The notes under the pieces were generated by a model, which saw only the letters and a program-made list of their open reading frames with translations, was not told where the DNA came from and searched no databases. Shown here piece by piece: positions 58,764-64,000 of a stretch of DNA of 64,000 bases. Positions within the stretch are counted from its first letter, which is position 1, and every line of letters begins with the position of its first letter. This DNA comes from Methanolobus sp. (GTDB taxonomy: Archaea; Halobacteriota; Methanosarcinia; Methanosarcinales; Methanosarcinaceae). The stretch lies in assembly GCA_034008115.1 (NCBI GenBank), contig JAVEPM010000003.1, positions 3,210 to 67,209 of the forward strand, read 5' to 3'. The position numbers and the translations under genes were made by a program.

Positions 58764-59828
58764 ATGCATGTAGATGTCGAGTATCTATCAAATAAAAACG
58801 AAAGTGAATGGAGAGACTTTGTCGAAAAAGAAGGTCGTGCAGGTATATGGCATACATTAGAGTGGAGAGATATTCTGGCAAAAGAATATCGTTTCAAGCC
58901 AAAATATCTCATGGCAAGGAATGATAACGGTATTTGCGGAATATTACCTCTTTTCCAAATAAAGAGCCAAATTACCGGTAATCGTGTGGTCTCACTTCCA
59001 TTTTCCTATCATTGTGGACCAGTTGCAACGTCTGATGAGGCATATCTTGCACTGATTAATGAATCTCAGAATATATCTGATGATCTTGGATGTAAGTATG
59101 TTGAAATGAAAATGCTTGAAAAACTTTCAGATACTGTTGTCAGTAAAGGAGAATTAATAGAGAACCTTTACTTCAATACGAGTATTCTGGACTTATCTAC
59201 AAATCCGGACGACAACTGGAAAAAACTGGATTCCCGCAGAACCCGCTGGGCTATCAACAAAGCAGTGAGATCAGAAGTTCAGATACGCACGGAAACAGAT
59301 TCCAATGACCTGAAGGAACATCACAAGTTGAAAATACAGACCCGAAAAAAACACGGCTCTCCAGCTCCTTCCCTGAAATTTTTTAAAAGCATCATGGATA
59401 GCTTTGAAGATAAGGGAATGGTTAAATTATGGGTTGCTGAACATGAGAATAAAGTTGTCTCCACTTTGATGTTCTACACTTACAAAGACGTAGTTATGCC
59501 TGCTTATATTGCCTCAGATGATGCATATAACTCCCTCATGCCAAATAATCTCCTGTACTGGAGGTCCATTGAATGGGGTTGTAATAATGGTTTCAAGCAT
59601 TTCGATTTTGGAAGAACCGAACCAAATAATGAGAGTCTGCTAAGTTTTAAGAGCAAGTGGGGTTGTAATAATTTTAAGATCCCCTATTATTATTATCCGG
59701 AACAACCAAAACTAATGTCTCAAAATAGAAATGATGCAAAGACAGGCCTTATAAGGAAAACATGGAAAAAACTTCCGGATTCAATGCTGGAAGTACTTGG
59801 GCCAAAGCTGTTGAAGCATGTTGGATGA
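58764..59828 (+). CDS. FemAB-like GNAT-family protein
   Basis: WHTLEW, GILPLF, VSLPFSYHCG, PNNLLYWRSIEWG, FDFGRT, FKSKWG. Confidence 0.85.
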   Translation: MHVDVEYLSNKNESEWRDFVEKEGRAGIWHTLEWRDILAKEYRFKPKYLMARNDNGICGILPLFQIKSQITGNRVVSLPFSYHCGPVATSDEAYLALINESQNISDDLGCKYVEMKMLEKLSDTVVSKGELIENLYFNTSILDLSTNPDDNWKKLDSRRTRWAINKAVRSEVQIRTETDSNDLKEHHKLKIQTRKKHGSPAPSLKFFKSIMDSFEDKGMVKLWVAEHENKVVSTLMFYTYKDVVMPAYIASDDAYNSLMPNNLLYWRSIEWGCNNGFKHFDFGRTEPNNESLLSFKSKWGCNNFKIPYYYYPEQPKLMSQNRNDAKTGLIRKTWKKLPDSMLEVLGPKLLKHVG

Positions 59829-61045
59829 TAGAGTTAGTGGTAACAATGAAACCAAATCCTTTTCTTATTCCAAGATTTAATATAGATTATAGTTTCAAGG
59901 ACTTTTTGTCTGGTTTAGGTGCTATTGCTTTACATAAAGATGTTAATTTAGATATTATCAGATCTGAACTATCGGATTCGAATATTTATTTTGCAAATTA
60001 TAGCAGAACAGGTATTAGTCTGATCCTTCAATCACTGGATCTTCCAAAAGGATCAAAGGTAGGGGTGCCCTTATACTCATGCACTGTTGTTTTTGATGCA
60101 ATCATAAATGCAGGTTTTGTTCCAAAGTTTATAGATATCGATGATAACTACACTATGGATCCTGTTGATCTGAAGACAAAAATCCAGGATATTGCTGCTC
60201 TGATAGTAATCCATACCTTTGGAAGACCTGCTGATATGGATGAAATTAAGAAAATTGCATCTGACATTCCCATTATTGAGGACTGTGCTCATTCTTTATT
60301 CAGTGAATATAAAGATAATGTTACAGGTAATCTTGGTGATTTCTCATGTTTTAGCCTTCCAAAATATCTATCTGCCGGTGGAGGAGGTATGATATTTGTT
60401 AATAAAAAATTACATCCAGGTGAATTATCGACTTTTTTAGATTCCATTGATTCCCCTTCATTTGTGGATGAACTCACCCATTTGCTTGTAATGTATGCCA
60501 GGGCATTTTTTTACCATAGACCTTGGTTTGGTCTTTTTGCATTGCCAATTGGGCTTAGTGTAGAGGGAAAAGTAGATCTGATGGATAAAAAAAGTTTTAC
60601 TATTAAAAAGATAAATAAATCTGATCAGTTTCTGGCGGTCAAAAAATTCAAAAAATTCAGAAAGAAAGTAGAAACTCAAAGAAATAATTCAATGTTTTTA
60701 CTTGATGAATTGAAGAATACGGCTTTTTCACTTCCTATAGAGAAGGAAAATACATATTGCAATTATTACCTTTTCCCTATTCTTGCACCAAAAGATGAGG
60801 AAAGGGATGAGATATGTGTGTATTTAAGGAGTAAAGGTGTAGATACATCCACGTTATTCAGTCAGACGCCTGAGATTGCAAAAATCAAGTATGGATATGA
60901 AGGTGACTGTCCCTTTACAGAACATGTTGCAAAAAGGGTTTTTACTGTACCAAATCATTATACACTTTCAAAAAAAGATTTATTGAAAGTTTCAGGTTCC
61001 TTGAAAGACTACCTATATTTAGATGAAAACAATAAAAGTAAATGA
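59825..61045 (+). CDS. DegT/DnrJ/EryC1/StrS sugar aminotransferase family
   Basis: IHTFG, IIEDCAHS, FSLPKYLSAGGGG; ATGA overlap with the previous stop (alternative start 59846). Confidence 0.85.
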   Translation: MIELVVTMKPNPFLIPRFNIDYSFKDFLSGLGAIALHKDVNLDIIRSELSDSNIYFANYSRTGISLILQSLDLPKGSKVGVPLYSCTVVFDAIINAGFVPKFIDIDDNYTMDPVDLKTKIQDIAALIVIHTFGRPADMDEIKKIASDIPIIEDCAHSLFSEYKDNVTGNLGDFSCFSLPKYLSAGGGGMIFVNKKLHPGELSTFLDSIDSPSFVDELTHLLVMYARAFFYHRPWFGLFALPIGLSVEGKVDLMDKKSFTIKKINKSDQFLAVKKFKKFRKKVETQRNNSMFLLDELKNTAFSLPIEKENTYCNYYLFPILAPKDEERDEICVYLRSKGVDTSTLFSQTPEIAKIKYGYEGDCPFTEHVAKRVFTVPNHYTLSKKDLLKVSGSLKDYLYLDENNKSK

Positions 61046-61088
61046 TTATATAAACAAAAGTATGTTTTAATTCAAACTGAGACTTATC

Positions 61089-61550
61089 ATGGGATTACAC
61101 AATATCAAAAAGAAGGTAGCTAAATTCCTTGCGGCATCTTTCCCTTCAAATAAGGGCAGGCTTGGTCTTTACAGAATTGCTTCTTATTACATTGGAAAAG
61201 ATGTTTATATCGGGGACAGGGTGACCATCATTGACCGTTTATCTGATAAGAAAAATATAAGTATTGGTGATCGTGTCTCTATTTCTTCTGGAGTCACACT
61301 TATTTCATCATCATCTCCAAATTATTCAAGGATTGCTCCTTATGTAAAAACGTCCCATGGCAGGATAGATATAGGTAATGATGCATGGCTGGGTGCCGGT
61401 TCGATCATCTTGCCTAACATTTCGATAGGAGAAGGCTCTGTAGTTGGAGCCGGTGCGGTTGTGACTAAAGATGTTGCTCCTTTTACTATAGTTGCAGGTG
61501 TCCCTGCTAAAAAGATAGGTGAGGTGGATATGAATGAGAATATTGCTTGA
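61089..61550 (+). CDS. Hexapeptide-repeat acyltransferase
   Basis: IGNDAWLGAGSIILPNISIGEGSVVGAGAVVTKDV...VAGVPAK. Confidence 0.92.
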   Translation: MGLHNIKKKVAKFLAASFPSNKGRLGLYRIASYYIGKDVYIGDRVTIIDRLSDKKNISIGDRVSISSGVTLISSSSPNYSRIAPYVKTSHGRIDIGNDAWLGAGSIILPNISIGEGSVVGAGAVVTKDVAPFTIVAGVPAKKIGEVDMNENIA

Positions 61551-62559
61551 TGTCAGCCACCCTAAGGACATTAATGTCTTCAAAAATGTGATCTTATCTT
61601 TACAAGAAAAAGGTCACGATATCAAATTGGTGGCAAGGGCAAAAGAGAATACAAAAAAGATAATCGAAGAGCAGGGCTTTAGTGCAGAATATGGGCCTCA
61701 TTATTCAAAATTTATTAAGAAATTGATTGGTATTCCCTATATAGATTATTGGCTTTTCAAAGTTGCCAGGGGATATAGACCTGACATCTTCGTAAGTTTC
61801 GGCTCTCCTTATTCTGCGCATGTAAGTCGCATACTCAGGAAACCCCATATTGCATTTATTGATACTGAAATAGCAAGTTTTGCTATAAATCTGATGTTAC
61901 CTTTTACAGACACAGTATATACTTCAAATTCATTTAACCTTGAACTTGGAAAAAAGCAGAAAAGATTTGATTCCTATCTGGAGCTTGCATATTTACATTC
62001 TTCATATTTTTCACCGGATCGGCATGTTCTGGAAAAGTATGGTCTTAAAGAAAAAACATATATTTTACTTCGCCTGTCAGCACTTTCATCACATCATGAT
62101 ATTAATGCCCAGGGTTTTTCCTTTACTTCGGAAAATGAATTGAAGGATTATATTGAAAAACTTGAAGATTATGGTCAAATCATTATCTTCTCTGAAGAAA
62201 AGAACTGGGAACACATCGATAAATACAGTTTGATGATAGATCCAAAAGACTTTCATAATATACTTTATTATTCAAAGATATGCATTGGTGAAGGGGCAAC
62301 GATGGTATCCGAAGCGGCCATACTTGGTGTACCATCGATCTATGTCTCAAATACAAAGCGTGGATATCTGGACGAACTGGAAAATAAATATGATCTATGT
62401 TATACATTAATAAATAAAGAAGAAGCACTTAAGAAAGCCATTTTAATAATAGAAAATAAAGACCATCAAATGCAATGGGATAAAAAAAGAGAATTAATGC
62501 TTGATGAAAAGGTTGATCTTGTTAAATACATAGTTGATGAAATCGAAAAAAGGGTTTAG
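61534..62559 (+). CDS. DUF354 domain protein (GT-B-like)
   Basis: DVSHPKDI, SHVSRIL..PHIAFIDTE, YLELAYLH, GEGATMVSEAAILGVPSI. Confidence 0.85.
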   Translation: MRILLDVSHPKDINVFKNVILSLQEKGHDIKLVARAKENTKKIIEEQGFSAEYGPHYSKFIKKLIGIPYIDYWLFKVARGYRPDIFVSFGSPYSAHVSRILRKPHIAFIDTEIASFAINLMLPFTDTVYTSNSFNLELGKKQKRFDSYLELAYLHSSYFSPDRHVLEKYGLKEKTYILLRLSALSSHHDINAQGFSFTSENELKDYIEKLEDYGQIIIFSEEKNWEHIDKYSLMIDPKDFHNILYYSKICIGEGATMVSEAAILGVPSIYVSNTKRGYLDELENKYDLCYTLINKEEALKKAILIIENKDHQMQWDKKRELMLDEKVDLVKYIVDEIEKRV

Positions 62560-62570
62560 TTGGGTTTATT

Positions 62571-63452
62571 ATGGAATCACAAAATTATTTTATTGTAACT
62601 CCCTGTAAAAACGAAGTATCAAATCTTCCAAATTTAATAGATTCCATTGTTAATCAGAGTATAGTGCCTATATTGTGGCTGATATACAATGATGGAAGCA
62701 CTGATGGTTCTAATACGATATTAAGCGATCTTGAAACAAAATATGCGTGGATAAAGGTTATTCAAGGTGAAGATGCTAAACGTGATCTGAGTTTCCATTA
62801 TGCACGAATAGTTGATGAATCACTTAAAAAAGCAATTGTCATGTGTGAAGAAATGGATACAGAATGCCAATACGCAGCTTTGATAGATGCAGACATGGTT
62901 CTGGAAAAAAAATTCTTCGAAAAATTGCTCTATAATTTTGAAAAAAATCCTAGATTAGGTGTTGCAAGTGGAAGTGTGGTCTATGATTTTAATGACATAT
63001 CAACTCTTGAAAAGGGAAGGAATGATCTTCCTATAGGAGGATTAAGGATGTGGCGAATAGAGTGCCTCAAGCAATCAAAAGGCTTCCCAATAAGTTACTC
63101 TGCAGACTCAGTATCAAACGTTCTGGCAACCATTAATGGTTGGGAAACTCGAAAATATGACGATGTCCTGGGTCTGCAAACCCGCCGCACAAGCAGTGCC
63201 GAAGGCTTGTGGAAAGGATATAGAGTTAAAGGCGAATCTGATTATTTCAGAGATTATCATCCTTTATATGTTATGTTAAAGTTCATGAAATATTGTTTAT
63301 CTTATCCTTTTTACATCGGCTTATCTTATGGCCACGGTTACCTGAAAAGTGTCCTTGAAAAAAGGAATAAGATCGACCTGCTGGAAGTAAGGTCTTATAA
63401 TCGAAACAAACACAAGGAAATAATTAATTATTACTTTTCAAAAAAGAGTTAG
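62571..63452 (+). CDS. Glycosyltransferase family 2
   Basis: IVTPCKNE, NDGSTDGS, IDAD. Confidence 0.9.
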   Translation: MESQNYFIVTPCKNEVSNLPNLIDSIVNQSIVPILWLIYNDGSTDGSNTILSDLETKYAWIKVIQGEDAKRDLSFHYARIVDESLKKAIVMCEEMDTECQYAALIDADMVLEKKFFEKLLYNFEKNPRLGVASGSVVYDFNDISTLEKGRNDLPIGGLRMWRIECLKQSKGFPISYSADSVSNVLATINGWETRKYDDVLGLQTRRTSSAEGLWKGYRVKGESDYFRDYHPLYVMLKFMKYCLSYPFYIGLSYGHGYLKSVLEKRNKIDLLEVRSYNRNKHKEIINYYFSKKS

Positions 63453-63535
63453 AAACAATATTATATAAACTCATGTAAATAATACGGATAATCTAGATAA
63501 GATATAATTACAATAAAGTCTATAAAGGACATGCT

Positions 63536-64000
63536 ATGCTGGAAGCTATAAAAAAAATCAACATTTACAATAAATCAAAGGGTGGAAGATATCTCCTTTT
63601 TTTCTTGCTAATAGTCTTAAATGTGGCTATCAGGCTTCCGAGTATCCCTCATGAAAAGGGGTATGATTCTTTCTTCATTCACTCACTTGCAAATTCAATA
63701 TCAATATTCGGAAGTGCTGAATGGTGGGTTCATTGGCTTTCAGTTTTCGGTTTTTATGCTTACTCTTATGCCAGTGCTGTACCTTTTGTTTTGTCTGGAA
63801 TGCATCAATTGATGGGCATAGAAATGGAGATTGTCATTCTAATATATTGTATATTAACAGGTCTTATTTCCATATTTACAGCTTACGTTTTAGCAGGCAG
63901 GTTATTCCCAAATTTTAGTTTCAAATATGGAGTAGCTTTGTTCTTTTCGATTGCTCCAGGAGTAATGCTTTTCACTACATGGGAAGTTAGCACAAGAGGT
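63536..64000 (+). CDS. Polytopic membrane protein, GT-C/PMT-like, runs off the window edge
   Basis: Manual translation MLEAIKK...AIRLPSIPHEKGYDSFFIHSLA...YSYASAVPFVLSG..., open to the window end; absent from the ORF track. Confidence 0.65.
   Translation, partial: MLEAIKKINIYNKSKGGRYLLFFLLIVLNVAIRLPSIPHEKGYDSFFIHSLANSISIFGSAEWWVHWLSVFGFYAYSYASAVPFVLSGMHQLMGIEMEIVILIYCILTGLISIFTAYVLAGRLFPNFSFKYGVALFFSIAPGVMLFTTWEVSTRG

Noticed and set aside
215-63918. Many short ORF-track entries antisense to or overlapping long genes (e.g. 3470-3670, 31159-31596, 49191-49745, 51279-51800, 54731-55501)
   Set aside because: They are shadow frames of well-supported genes and have no recognisable motifs.
1-64000. 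CRISPR array, tRNA, rRNA, integrase or intact transposase
   Set aside because: No regularly spaced repeat-spacer series, RNA-gene signatures or recombinase/transposase motifs were seen by eye.
1-64000. Pyrrolysine (TAG) read-through genes
   Set aside because: No methylamine methyltransferase genes are present, and I noticed no TAG-split ORF with coherent protein on both sides.

Overview
Archaeal chromosomal segment from a methanogen of the family Methanosarcinaceae (Methanolobus/Methanococcoides-like, inferred from the DUF1608 S-layer protein, PEF-CTERM/archaeosortase C, CimA and the MTH865-family gene; AT-rich). I saw no rRNA, tRNA, CRISPR array, integrase or intact transposase. In order: a flavodoxin/ArsR redox module with two decayed genes (1-3.2 kb); two amino-acid transporters; ExbB/TolQ + DUF2149 and a sortase-anchored S-layer protein; an NhaP antiporter; a ~15 kb co-oriented glycogen gene cluster that also carries an ACT-V4R protein, a probable GH57 pseudo-enzyme, MscS, DUF432 and CorA (11.8-27.2 kb); ion-homeostasis genes including a Na,K-ATPase-like P2C pump and an amphipathic repeat protein (27-34 kb); an oxidative-stress cluster with a hexameric tyrosine-coordinated heme protein (34-38 kb); a ThiC-family gene, topA, a nitroreductase and an apparently inactivated MCM paralog (39-45 kb); the cimA-ilvB-ilvH-ilvC cluster; an M42 peptidase; and a PEF-CTERM/archaeosortase C locus followed by glycosylation genes (52-64 kb). 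Best leads: an orphan IS200/IS605 (TnpB) right end/reRNA scaffold between cimA and ilvB; cimA lacking any canonical in-frame start before its catalytic motif (probable ATT start); the Walker-A-less MCM-like protein; and a dispersed GC-rich hairpin repeat family. All family calls come from motif recognition by eye; no database search was run.
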